A stretch of 63,075 bases of DNA, the filler included, from Octopus bimaculoides (taxonomy: Eukaryota): the NCBI RefSeq assembly GCF_001194135.2. It is 5 parts of 5 records of this genome, joined end to end, with 100 filler letters (N's around TTAATTAATTAA, not from the genome) between each part and the next. Parts side by side here need not be neighbours in the genome. Positions count along the whole stretch, not along the records: positions 31,178 to 50,378 come from NC_068990.1; positions 50,479 to 54,521 come from NC_068983.1; positions 54,622 to 60,477 come from NC_068986.1; positions 60,578 to 63,075 come from NW_026324837.1; 1 more part is not named here. One strand, given 5' to 3'. The translations under genes were made by a program, and so were the position numbers. Below the pieces are notes generated by a model, which worked only from the letters and a program-made list of their open reading frames with translations, made no database searches and was not told where the DNA came from. Positions within the stretch are counted from its first letter, which is position 1. The number at the start of each line of letters is the position of its first letter. Shown here in pieces: positions 50,093 through 63,075 of the stretch.

Positions 50093-50478
50093 TAGTTATC
50101 GCCAAGCCAACATGGCAGTCCCAAAATTAGGACGAAAGCTGCCGTGAATTAGCTCCAAGAAGCCATCGCCTCTAGCTAGCTATGTGACACACGAAACCTG
50201 TGTCCTTTATAACCTTCGAACAGGGGAGGTCAGCAGTGTCCTCCTGCTGGTTTGGCATCTGCAGACTAGTTTCAGGGTGTTGCCCCTTGTCAATGCAGAG
50301 CAGCCAAGCCTTAGCCAGGCGGCGCTGCTGACTATCTGCTCGAAGGTTATTTATCTAATTTCAGTGGAATCTATCCACNNNNNNNNNNNNNNNNNNNNNN
50401 NNNNNNNNNNNNNNNNNNNNNNTTAATTAATTAANNNNNNNNNNNNNNNNNNNNNNNNNNNNNNNNNNNNNNNNNNNN

Positions 50479-50521
<43 letters not shown>

Positions 50522-50523
<2 letters not shown>

Positions 50524-50972
50524 GAGAAATTAAGGCAAATAGACCAGATATAGTTGTCAAAGATCATGAAGGAAAAAAATGCCTTCTAATTGATGTTTCA
50601 ATACCAGCAGATGACAACGTTTCTCTAAAAGAAATGGAAAAACTTTAAAAATACAAAGACCTGGAAATAGAGGTAACTCGAATGTGGAATCTAAAAACAG
50701 AAACAATTCCTATCGTAGTAGGTGCCTTGAATATAATAAAAAAATATTCAGACAAATACATAACAAAGACACCAGGACTTACAAATATATATAACATACA
50801 GAAAATTGCACTACTGGGCACTGCACACATCCTACGCAAAACACTTTCAATACAGTAAACATAAGAGCACCACAGCAAACCACAGCACATACCCAAGGCG
50901 CACAGAGCTGCGCTCGGTAGTGAAGTGAAAGCATGTTATAAAAATAAAACTACTGAACAATAATAATAATAA
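50522..50972 (+). mobile_element. R4/Dong-like 3' fragment (REL endonuclease, 3' UTR, AAT tail)
   Basis: REIKANRPDIVVKD...LIDVSIP.D....KYKDL.IEV.RMW...IPIVVGAL...IQKIALLGTAHILRKTL*. Confidence 0.88.
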
Positions 50973-51244
50973 TAGCTCCGGACTAAATTACAACATGGAC
51001 GTACACTAAGAAGCTCTCTCCACAAAACAAATTTAATCCAATAACATTGGTGCAATGGAAGGAAAACTTCGCGATACAATTGTGAGGAAAGTTCTGTTAA
51101 AGTAAAGGAACTAAAAAATCAGAAAGATTTTTGTTAAATACAGTATAATTTTTTCTGAAATGTGCGATATTTCAATGTGACATACGCAAGACGTTGAAAC
51201 TAGCAACAGGAACCCTGGAAAAAAAACACACCAAACACACCGAT

Positions 51245-51720
51245 TACACAGTAAGTACCAGAATGGAGTTCGGACTGAAAAAGTGTAGTGTGTTAGTCTT
51301 GAAGAGAGGCAAAATCAAATGTATCGACGGGCTAGCGATACCGTCAGGGAAGGTTATGAAGCAGGTAGAAGAGATGGGCTATAAGTACTTGGAGATTTTG
51401 GAAATGGATAAATTGATGGAGAAAGAAATGATAGAAAAATTTAAGGTAGAGTACTTGCGCAGACTGATACACTGATCCTTAAGTCGAAATTAAACGGACG
51501 GAATAAGATCGAAGCTATCAATACCTGGGCGGTTTCACTCCTTAGATATGGAGCAGGGGTAATCGTATGGACAGTAGAGGAACTAAGCAGCTTAGACAGA
51601 AAGACGAGGAAGCTGGTAACTAGATATGGGTCACTCCACCCTAAAATTGACACAGACAGATTGTATGCACCAAGAAAAAGAGAGGGAAGAGGACTTATTG
51701 GATGCGAACAACATAGCATG
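51245..51720 (+). mobile_element. R4/Dong-like reverse-transcriptase fragment (post-YxDD and thumb region)
   Basis: MEFGLKKCSVLVLKRGK...YKYLEILE...YLRRL / LILKSKLNGRNKIEAINTWAVSLLRYGAGVI.W...LDRKTRKL...LHPKIDTDRLY.PRK.RGRGL. Confidence 0.85.
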
Positions 51721-52965
51721 TTATTTTTCACTTTTGACATGTAATACCGAATCAGTGCCAATGTTGTATTGTTTTAATCAAAATGAAAAAAAATACATAT
51801 TGACACTCTCAGGATCTGATACTATTACCATGTAAAATTCAATTTGATTTGGTTGAGCCGTTTGAGAATGCATTGGGAACAAACAGACAGGCAGACAAAC
51901 AAAGAATTTCATATATATATAGATGATCATTTATACCGTTCGTGACTTAGCGTTGTAAATGAAAGGAAGTCGTTTCATCTGGGAGAATATAAGTTAGTCC
52001 ACACTTTCAAATCGTCGCGAGTTTACATTTATTCCAGAACATTCGACTGTTATAACCTTGATTTCTCACCTCAGTACAAGCCCAGAAATTGTAGAGCTGA
52101 CGTAAAGTTAGTCGTTTTCAACTTCCACCACAAGATTAATTCTTATTTTTGCTGCTGTTCTTGCTGTTATTTAGCCCTGGTCATATCGTCAGTTTTCAAG
52201 CAAACCTATAAACAATGATATCGCGGACATAACCATCTTTTGCGGGGAATAAAATATCTGTTTCTAAGACGATAGGGTATCATTTGAGGGAAATTTGTTT
52301 TTTCAAGTTGGAGGAGCAACCTCGAACAGGCTCTATCGTTGGATTGCTTGGTACTTATTTTATTGACACTGCAGAAATATAAGTGAAAGTTGATCCTGAT
52401 TGAATTTATCTGATATAATAATCTTTTCTTATGTAGTGACAAGTGACAGTGTAAAGTGGAAGGCGACATAGTTTAACGCAATGTTTATGCTTTTCTGAAG
52501 AGTGTTAGTTACATAGTGAAATGAAGGCGACCACAAAATATTGTAAGTAGGTCAAAATCTCGACATGCCTCTGACTTTTAAGCTTACCTCTATATCCTAT
52601 GGTGCATGTACATCTTTCTAACACTGACGCAATACTCCTGATTGTTAAGTAAGGGGAAGGTAGGCTTACCACAATAAATAAGACTAAAAATCATCTCGCT
52701 GACATGGTTCACTGGGAACAGGGCATCACACGTTCCCATCCCCACTTGTATCATCATCACCACTGAAACCTCCACCATCACTACTACTACTAATACTAAT
52801 GCTAATACTATTACTACTGCTACTACTACCACTACTAAAATGACTTCATTTCGAACCGCTATAGAGAGGGAAAAGGCATCAGGTTCAACTTAATGTCTAA
52901 AGCCAGACATTATGTTGAAATTTGAGCGCATGATGCGACATTTCACATAGAAGCGAGAGAAGGAA

Positions 52966-53021
<56 letters not shown>

Positions 53022-53651
53022 AGCATTTGGATTTCCAAACTACATATTGGTTATTATAATTTGCCGGGTCTCATTTCTAACGAACAGAATTGACAAAGGG
53101 TGTAAGAATTAAAGTTAACAAAAAGGTGTGAGTACCGCAGGGTGGCGGTTGACCCCACTTCTCTTCTGTTACTACAACACCGGTTCTATTCTTACTTATA
53201 TCACTTCATTTTACTCTTTATAACTTCTATTTTCGAACATGCAGTAGGAAAAAGACAAAGCATTCCATAAATATTCGGTATCTTTTACTGCTTTCAATCA
53301 GTGGGCTGCAAACCTGATCTCAAGGAATTTGGTCCGATGCAGTATCTATTTCAAGGTGATAATTATTTCATTGATCATCGTTAATCGAATCGCTAAGTTA
53401 TACTTTCTTTATATAAAGAGATGCCACTCGGTATACTGACTTAAGCCAATAATCATAAACATGCGCACACATGCAAACATACATACAGACATACTCATAC
53501 ACACATGCACAATATACATATATATATATATATATANNNNNNNNNNACATCGGAGCATGGTTGGTGGAGAGGATATACTGAGGCCTTCGTTCTGCAGTGG
53601 CCTGAACATAGGCAATCCAATCCAATCCGATGTGTGTGTGTACGTGTGTGT

Positions 53652-53699
<48 letters not shown>

Positions 53700-54411
53700 G
53701 GAAAAGAAAAAGGAGAGAATAGATGTTTATTCCATTCGTTTACAGCTGTTTCATAATTTTCTTAATTATATAATAATTATACGCATATAAAATATATATA
53801 AATATACATATATATACACACACACTTATGTATACACACACACATACACGCGCGCGCGCACACCCATATATACAAATATGCTGAGAAATTGACTAAGACT
53901 AATCTTCAGAACGATGTATGGTAGTATAAAGCATCAGTTCTATATAGAAAGCAAGCTGATCAAATATATCCATAGGCGGTACATTTACGATATTTTTTAA
54001 GGGAACAATGACCAAGGATCAATGCAAATCCAGAGAATGAAACAGATAAACACAATAAAGCCAAATGACAAAAAACTAAATTATATATATATATATCTTT
54101 TAAATTTGTTTACGGGAAACGTTTTGAATATCCACTGGTCAAAAGGGATAAACATCTCTCTGACAAACATCCATTAATGTTATATCGTCTGAAGAAATGA
54201 ATCCATAAAGATGATCTACCCGATGCCCAGGGATACTACGGACTACGCTATAAGCATCCCCCAAGTATACGGACTCTGATCTTAAGAGACATGTGATTTG
54301 TGGAAACACGCGTGGTGATGCATTAAATGTTTATAAATTCAATCCAAGGATTATTATTATTATTATTATTGCTATATATGTGTGTGTATATATATATATA
54401 TGTGTGTGTGT

Positions 54412-54521
<110 letters not shown>

Positions 54522-56324
54522 NNNNNNNNNNNNNNNNNNNNNNNNNNNNNNNNNNNNNNNNNNNNTTAATTAATTAANNNNNNNNNNNNNNNNNNNNNNN
54601 NNNNNNNNNNNNNNNNNNNNNAAAGACTATTCAGAGTTCACAAAATAAAAATGTTTTAACAAAATGCCGCAATGGCCAGCAACTACAATAATTCTTGTAA
54701 TTATTCCCCGGTAGAACCGGGAAATAAAACAGTTCAACAGTTTTTTTTTTCTACGATAATTTCTTCGTTCAACAGCAAAATAATTCAGTAACAGCAATAA
54801 CAACACAACAAAATGCTTACCGAGAGCCAGTAAAATTACCTCTTCACTGTAGTGAGGGAAGTAAGCTTCTTACCACACAGCTACGTCAGCGCCTGTACAA
54901 AAAATTCTTTGATCTCCAGAGATAGGCCTGGTATTCCGTAGCAATGTTATAATTTAAATTAACAGTCACTGATTCTTTCGAAAAATTTAACTACTAAAGT
55001 TTTCAAGGCATGAACAAAGGACTAGTGCTCAACTGGTACTTAATTTATCGACCCCGAAAGGATGAAAGGCAAAGTCGACCTCGGTGGAATTTGAACTCAG
55101 AACGTAACGGCAGACGAAATACTATTAAGCAGTTCGCCCAGCGTGCTAACGTTTCTGCCAGCTCGCCACCTTAGGTAAGCATTGTATTGAAGCCAGCAGC
55201 CACGCCAGGCATTTTACGGACACATACATACTACTCTATAGCAAATGAAGTATCGTTATCAAGTCTCAAATTATATCCCAAAGAGGTAAGTGAACTGCGT
55301 AAAAATAGAGTAAAATATTTCAACTGAGAAGCATACGAAGAAAGACGGCTGTTGATTCGATTGCTTGAGCTATGAATAATGCCTTAATCATCTCCGCTAA
55401 TAGGTAATCTATTCGTAGCCCGCTGGCTTTTCGCGGCATCACTGACTGTTTGGCCACTATTTCATTTTATCGGTTCGACTGATTTTCGCTGTAGCATTCG
55501 TCTACGAAAGTGAGTGTCGATGATGGTCTGCAACTAATGGTGAAATTACGTGATGTGACAGTGGCATCCATCGGCGCAGATGATCATTTCATCGGTGCTT
55601 AATTAGCACGTGTCGCCGTCAATATGAGATTGGGTCTCTGGATGTTTACAGCTGTTTAAGGCGATCTGAACCAACGCTTCAAATTTAGGTTCGATGTGCT
55701 AATTATATGTATGTATGTGTGTATGTATGCATGTATGTATGTATGTATGTATGTACGTACGTGCGTACGTACGCATGTATGTATATAAGTATATATATTT
55801 ATATATATACATACCTACCTACATACATACATAAATACATGCAAACATAATCCTTTAATGTCCTGTTTATATATGTTTTCGTTTATACAAAGGGTTGCAC
55901 ATACACATAATTATATTTTTATTGTCTTACTTGCTTTTAATCATTGGACTGCGGCCAAACTGTGGCACCACCTTCAAAGATATTTTATCAATTAAACTAA
56001 TTCCAATATTTATTTTAATTGTGGTTCTAATCTTATCGATTACTTTTTTAGCAATTCGCTAAGTTTTGGAGATGTAAAGAAATCGTACACAAATCCAAAT
56101 GTATGTTTCTGTGTGTGTGTCTGTGTCTGTGTAAGTGTGTGCGTGTGTAAACATGTATGTATGTATGTATGTATGTATATATGTATGTATATATGTATGT
56201 ATGTATGATCATTTCGTCGGTGCTTAATTAGCACATGTCGTCAATATGAGATTGTATCTCTGGATGTTTACAACTGTTTAATACGATCTGAACAACATAT
56301 CCAATTTAGGTTCGATGTGCTAAT

Positions 56325-56356
<32 letters not shown>

Positions 56357-56589
56357 TGTATGTATGTATGTATACCACTACGCATATTATGAAAATATCA
56401 TGGCTCTACTCCATCAGAATAAAAGCAGCACTCAGGTAGAGTCACTACAAATGTTACAAATACTATGTGTCCCCCTGTTACCGAGGGACTCTCCTGACGA
56501 AAGCACATCCCTCACTTTCCACTGATCACCTCTCTTTTTGACCATAAAATATTTCAGCCTTCTACAACTGCTGACATTCAGCAAGGCCC

Positions 56590-57005
56590 AAATGATGTGC
56601 ACAATAGAATATTCTTCTTATTTTGGGGGCAGTGATGTTGCTACACACAAAGGCATCTTGAACGATATGCGCAGAAAGGCTGCTTGACTAACTAGAATAC
56701 AATCACTTACGGACTGACTCCAGCCATTGGTTCACGTATATGCGCTGTACTTTATACGATTTTTCTGTTGCTACTATCGTGACCACTGTTCGTCAAGGTA
56801 AACTTGTCTTCTACCTATACGAATCAAGCACTACTGACTGACTCATCTTCTTTAGTGCATCCAATACTGCCGGTCCCAAAGTAAGTATTACACCCAATCC
56901 TTTTTCCTCGGAGTGCTGGTCTTCAGGTGTCTTCTCCCTGCTCGTGAATTTCTTGCAGGCGTTAATCCGCAACAGTTTAAACGGAACATTAATAGTGTGA
57001 ATACG
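56590..57005 (+). mobile_element. Highly decayed CR1/L2/Jockey-group LINE 3' coding end
   Basis: IEYSSYFGGS....ILNDMRRKAA*L...SLTD*LQPL.H and SFF...LLPA.EF...NPQQFKRNIN resemble the MEYCSHIWGG / SFFPRT..LWNSLP / FK..IN pattern. Confidence 0.55.
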
Positions 57006-57987
57006 AAGCTCACAAATCCCATTGATCCAAGTAATGTCATGATCTCTGCCCCTTTCTTAAAATTAAAAATATATATTCGTGTGTCTATGTATATATGTGT
57101 ATAAGTCTACGTTTCTCTGCGTGTGTGTTGTGTGCGCATACATACATAGATATATACACACATACATAAATACATATATATATGTATATGTATGTATNNN
57201 NNNNNNNNNNNNNNNNNNNNNNNNNNNNNNNNNNNNNNNNNNNNNNNNNNNNNNNNNNNNNNNNNNNNNNNNNNNNNNNNNNNNNNNNNNNNNNNNNNNN
57301 NNNNNNNNNNNNNNNNNNNNNNNNNNNNNNNNNNNNNNNNNNNNNNNNNNNNNNNNNNNNNNNNNNNNNNNNNNNNNNNNNNNNNNNNNNNNNNNNNNNN
57401 NNNNNNNNNNNNNNNNNNNNNNNNNNNNNNNNNNNNNNNNNNNNNNNNNNNNNNNNNNNNNNNNNNNNNNNNNNNNNNNNNNNNNNNNNNNNNNNNNNNN
57501 NNNNNNNNNNNNNNNNNNNNNNNNNNNNNNNNNNNNNNNNNNNNNNNNNNNNNNNNNNNNNNNNNNNNNNNNNNNNNNNNNNNNNNNNNNNNNNNNNNNN
57601 NNNNNNNNNNNNNNNNNNNNNNNNNNNNNNNNNNNNNNNNNNNNNNNNNNNNNNNNNNNNNNNNNNNNNNNNNNNNNNNNNNNNNNNNNNNNNNNNNNNN
57701 NNNNNNNNNNNNNNNNNNNNNNNNNNNNNNNNNNNNNNNNNNNNNNNNNNNNNNNNNNNNNNNNNNNNNNNNNNNNNNNNNNNNNNNNNNNNNNNNNNNN
57801 NNNNNNNNNNNNNNNNNNNNNNNNNNNNNNNNNNNNNNNNNNNNNNNNNNNNNNNNNNNNNNNNNNNNNNNNNNNNNNNNNNNNNNNNNNNNNNNNNNNN
57901 NNNNNNNNNNNNNNNNNNNNNNNNNNNNNNNNNNNNNNNNNNNNNNNNNNNNNNNNNNNNNNNNNNNNNNNNNNNNNNNNNNNNNNN

Positions 57988-58034
<47 letters not shown>

Positions 58035-58238
58035 CATGTGTCTATGTGTGTGTGCGTGTGCGCGCGCGTACACTTTTCGAGAAGAATACTTATGACATGA
58101 AGAAAGGTCATAGTTCAGAGGTGTCGGGAATGAAAATGGCTTCGAAATAACCTTCACCATTCTTTAAAGATCTTGCACAAAATTACAGGTTACCAACAAG
58201 AATATGAAACCCAAGATAGACACTACGTTGGCTGAAGC

Positions 58239-58280
<42 letters not shown>

Positions 58281-59077
58281 GATTGCGTAGAAATGGTACA
58301 AGGGTTTAAAGTTCTTGAGATAAAGAGTGAGTAATCAAAAGGAATTATTAAAAAGCTTAAAAACAAAATAATAACTTGTAAAGGTTAGCAAATGATTGGC
58401 AGTAGTATAATTAGCTGTCTCCGCACCCGCACCAAACCTTTTGGGTGGGGGGCTTAGGAATGTGTCCGAATCATTTAGTGACTATTACAAATGACAGAAA
58501 TGCAGGTTGGTTTACGCCTGCTGACCTTAAAAGACCTTAAGTGACCTTACGATAGAAACAGGAGTGTTGAATGATAAACAGTTAACTTCAACCACAAGAT
58601 GTAAATTGCTTCTATTAAAAGGTGCCCCGTCGAACGAGGCTTTCGCAAATTAAGTCCCTTTATCACGCAGGACACCACAAACAAAAAGAAAAAAATGTTT
58701 ATAAATTATATGGAATTTATAAGTAAAGAACGCATATACTGAATAGGAAATATAACTATAATTAACTCATGTTATTAGAATATCATACATTCGACAGGAA
58801 AAGAGCCGGACAAATTATTTTACTTCTATTTGAAGCCGAGAAATATTATGCAGGTTCGAGCAAATGTATATATTTATACTATATACGGGAACACATACAC
58901 ACATACTCTTTTCCCCTTTAACTTGGTTCAGTCATTTAACTGTGGCCATGCTGGAGCACCGCCTTTAGTCGAGCAAATCGACCCCAGGACTTATTCTTTG
59001 TAAGCATAGTACTTATTCTATCAGTTTGATATTTGCAACAGGTTGAGTGACTACGTCGTTTCTTTGTTTAACTTAAT

Positions 59078-59351
59078 CAGTGATTCCCAAAGTGCATGTT
59101 ACTTCCCCCTCTGGGGGCGGTAGAAAGATCCAACGTGGGGTGGCGCATTGAAGAAAGCTGTGTGTCAATGGGGAGACCAAATGGAAGCGATGGATGTAAT
59201 AACATCAAAATAGTAGGTTACATAGGTAAAACTTTACTTGCTGCAGAATGTCGTCTATGTTTGTGCTGTTGAGTGGTAGGTCGGGGCGCACGCTAATGAT
59301 GTGGCGCGGATACCAAGGGGGTAGGCAGCCCAAAAAATTTGGGAACCACTG
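59078..59351 (+). mobile_element. hAT (Buster/Charlie-type) MITE
   Basis: TIRs CAGTGATTCCCAAA / TTTGGGAACCACTG; 8-bp TSD aacttaat / aactaaat (7 of 8 match); no coding remnant. Confidence 0.8.
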
Positions 59352-60152
59352 AACTAAATTGAATGAATAAATCCCCTTCTCATACATTTTCTTCGTGTAT
59401 CTTTCCCTGTACTTTTTTTTTTCCTCCTTGTGACTTTGCTTTCTCCTGGCAACTTCCTTATAATTTCAATTAAAATTCCATATCTCAGCGTGAGTGGCTG
59501 AAGTAACAGGCTAGCTAATTTGCAACTCGCTTAAGGGAAGGTGTCAATTTTAAGTAAAGGTAAAATGAGAGATTTTGGTAACATAAATATATATTGATAC
59601 GTTAGCAGCGTCATTATTTGATTGATTGAAGTAATGTTTGAGATTATTTTCAAGAATTATATCAATGATAATGAATAAATTTTAAGGCTAAATATTTGGG
59701 AAAGAAAAACAAACAGTCTGAATATTACTTTATTTTTCGACGTGAAATATCCTTTTCAAGTGTTGCAGTAAAATAGAAAAAGAGAGAAATAACATAAATA
59801 AGAAAACATGAAACGTAAGCCTTTGACACTGTTGAAGCTAATGTCACAATGTTCAGATTAATGATAGCATGACGATACTTTTGCCCCCAATGCCAGCGAT
59901 GTCTATGGTGTTCTGTGGTGATTTTCTAAGTTAACGACAAATCGGTTTCGTGTCATTTTTTCAGTGAATACGATCTTGAAGGTCGAAATTTAAAACGAAT
60001 AAAAAATGAAAACAGGACAATGTTTGATCAAAACCACTTTTGTTTTTAACTTCCAAATCTGTGCATTTTTCATTACAATGCTTCAAAAATACGTTCGAAC
60101 AATACATTTCTATTAACTACACTCAGCCAATTGAATTTGGGCTAATGCATTT

Positions 60153-60477
60153 GTCGTGGAGGTGCAATGGCCCAGTGGTTAGGGCAGCGGACTCGCGGTA
60201 ATAGGATAGCGGTTTCGATTCCCAGATCGGGTGTTGTGAGTGTTTATTGAGCGAAAACACCTAAAGCTCCACGAGGCTCCGGCAGGGGGTGGTGGTGACC
60301 CCTGTTGTACACTTCCACCACAACTTTCTCTCACTCTTACTTCCTGTTTCTGTTGTGCCTGTAATTCAAAGGATCAGCCTTGTCACACTGTGTCACGCTG
60401 AATATCCCCGAGAACTACGTTAAGGTACACGTGTCTGTGGAGTGCTCAGCCACTTGCACATTAATTTCACGAGCAGG
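60153..60477 (+). mobile_element. tRNA-derived SINE family S3, long form
   Basis: A box TGGCCCAGTGG 60168-60178 and B box GTTTCGATTCC 60212-60222; no acceptor-stem 3' end. The body is shared with 46495-46815(+) and 25072-25232(-); heads also at about 580, 39030, 47088. Confidence 0.8.
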
Positions 60478-61463
60478 NNNNNNNNNNNNNNNNNNNNNNN
60501 NNNNNNNNNNNNNNNNNNNNNTTAATTAATTAANNNNNNNNNNNNNNNNNNNNNNNNNNNNNNNNNNNNNNNNNNNNTTCAGTGAAGGAGAAATAGTGAG
60601 AGTAATAGCCCTGACTGAACGAGGGAGTGAGAGAAAGTAATAGCAATGAGAGAAAAGAAGGAGTGAGAGATGAATAAAGAAGGAAGGAGTAAAAAAAAAT
60701 CAGCGTTTCAACTCTGTGTGAATATATGTGTGTATATGTGTGCGTGTATAAGGGAAGTATGTGAATGTTTGTATGTGTGATTATTATGGACCTTATTTTT
60801 ATACAACATACTACAATTAGCCGTCATTATTGACGGCACACGTGGTCTGCTAGTTATTAATAAACTACTAGCTCAACTGCATTCTATAATTCGAGATAGC
60901 AACATGCATGTATAACAAGGGCTGGATGGCGATCTGTGATGAGACGATAAGGCATAATTTGGATCAGTAGCATTACATTTTGTAGCATGTTCCTTGTAAT
61001 GCCATTTCAATATATATATATAAAAAAGACCGCTTCTAATGCAGTCATAACGGTTAATTGTTCAGTGGCACGATCATTAACTGCGGCAATTTGCCGAATA
61101 TCAAAGTTGTCATACAGCGGAAACCCACATACATAATCTATCGCTTCTTTCTTTTTCAGATCCGTTCGTGTTATAGCCTTCGGTATATTCTTAAAAGAAA
61201 GAGAAAAAGAAAAAAAAAATTATATGCAATCGTTCTCATTCGCAGATCTCCCTATATATCGACAAGGTATATAGGGTAAATTGGTCTAACATCCTTTCAA
61301 ATCAATTTCGGAAAAATCAATTTTTCTCTCCATCAAACATTAACTTTTATTTTGTTCCCTATCATATTCGTTGAAACTTCCTATCACCTTACCAAAATTA
61401 CACACGTTCGCACACACAGACACACACTCACTCACACACTCACTCAGTCGCTCACACTCTCTA

Positions 61464-61527
<64 letters not shown>

Positions 61528-62425
61528 CTTTTACTTGTTTCAGTCATTAGAGTGCGGCCATGCTGGGGCATCACCTTGAAGAATGTTTAGTCGAATGAAT
61601 TGACCCCAGTACTTATATTTTTTTTAAAGCCTGGTACTTATTCTATCGATCTCTTTTAGTCGAACCGCTAAGTTACGCGGACACAAACACATCAACACCG
61701 GTTGTCAAGTGGTGGTAGGGGACAGGTAGAAAAACACACACACATATGTATATATACACAACGGGCTTCTTTCGGTTTCTGTCAACCAAATCCACTCAGA
61801 ATGCTTTGGTCAGCTAGAGGCTATAGTAAAAGACACTTGCCTGAGGTACAACACACACATATATATATATACATACATACATAGATACATATATGTATAT
61901 ATACATACATACATACAAACATACATACATACAAAACTTTGTATCGTAAATTGTATAGGTACCGTCCAAATTTTCACGACACGTGTTCCTTTCCGGTAAC
62001 TTTCTTCAGGTCCCAGTTACGTTCTGTTCTTCTCAAAGTTCTCTTGCTTTTCGCTCTTTGTATGATATTTCTTATCAGAACAATTGCATAAAGTACATAT
62101 AATTGAATAAGAAACGGAACCCTAAGCCTAATTTATCTGCGTAGTCAGATTAATACAGATATAATGCCCGTATATTAAAAACAACTGCTGTAACCTAAGT
62201 ATGTTGTGCTAACGCATTGTAACGGATACGAAATCAGACGACCTAAAATGTACTCTAAAGAAAGAAGTAATTCCAGACGCATGTTTATCTGAAACATCTT
62301 TTCTTGGTCACAAACTGATGCCATCTTCAGATGACAAGAAACGATTGATGTAAATACACACTCATTGTTCTTCTATTACAAAGGCATCAAATATATATGT
62401 GCGTGTGTATGTGTGTGTGTGTGTA

Positions 62426-63075
62426 CACATGGTGCGATCAGTAAATTATCGCCATTTTATATTTTACATTTCGCGCGTGCGCATTGTTTTTTCATTTTGT
62501 CGACTACACAGTATAATAGGGTGAGTTGGGCACCGTCTGTGAGAAAAACAGCACCATGACGCAATTCACTCTGCCAGAAATTTCGAAACGACATGCTGTA
62601 CTGGTTGGCATTCGGACCGGAAGCTCCAATATGAATATTTCAGAGTGTTTGGGTGTCAATCTGAGGTCAATGTAATCTGAGGACATGTACCGAGAGTGAT
62701 AAAAATCAAACATCCAGTCAACATCATGATGTTTGGAGTCATCACTAGTGATGGGCACGTTATTCCTCCATTTGTCTTCCCACATGGCCTCAGACTCAGC
62801 AGGGAGGCCTACATCAAGTGCCTGGAGGAGGTAGTGCTGCTGTGGGTGAAGAGGGTGGCTGCTGGAAGACCCTATGTCTGGCAACAGGACTTTTCACCAT
62901 ACCACGCAAGTAGGGGAACCCAGTCATGGCTGTCAGACAATTTCTCCGACCACATCATCATTAGCATCTGGCCTCCTATCTCTCCACACTGCAACCTCCT
63001 TGATTATGATGTGTGAGGAACAGTTGATGAACTGAAGGCAAGGATTATGGCAGCATTGACCAACTTAAACAAGGA
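62426..63075 (+). mobile_element. maT (DD37D) transposon, internally deleted, truncated by the window edge
   Basis: Starts after TA. ORF 62696-63016 reads KHPVNIMMFGVITSDG...WQQDFSPYH...WPPISPHCNLLDY, with 37 residues counted between the second and third catalytic Asp. Confidence 0.88.

Noticed and set aside
57030-57065. ISAPFLK as STPG2 exon 2
   Set aside because: It lies at the end of a decayed LINE, lacks an acceptor and has no following PGPG motif.
60153-60230. Possible tRNA gene
   Set aside because: A and B boxes are present but there is no closing acceptor stem, and it continues into a body shared with other copies; a SINE head.

Overview
Eukaryotic draft-assembly DNA, AT-rich and broken by many N gaps. 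The SINE, microsatellite and transposon content looks like an octopus genome (inference, not verified by search). Most of the window is intronic or intergenic repeat: several tRNA-derived and RTE-like SINE families, mariner, maT (DD37D), Tc1-like, Tigger-like and hAT-Buster DNA-transposon relics, R4/Dong, CR1-group and Penelope retroelement fragments, a 32-bp minisatellite and many microsatellites. Only two host coding segments are recognisable. One is an uninterrupted THEG/SPMAP2-like repeat ORF (12918-13481). The other is the first coding exon of an STPG2-like gene (24762-24870). The most notable observations are: (1) three unrelated families of short fold-back elements, each carrying a minimal type-I hammerhead-ribozyme motif with a Penelope-style very short helix III, one with a compensatory G3:C8 core swap; (2) about 2.9 kb downstream of the THEG-like ORF that reads as a fossil array of THEG coding repeats, apparently re-amplified as non-coding satellite; (3) a CpG-poor to CpG-rich switch coinciding with an artificial scaffold linker at about 31.1 kb. 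No ribozyme activity, expression or homology search could be tested here.
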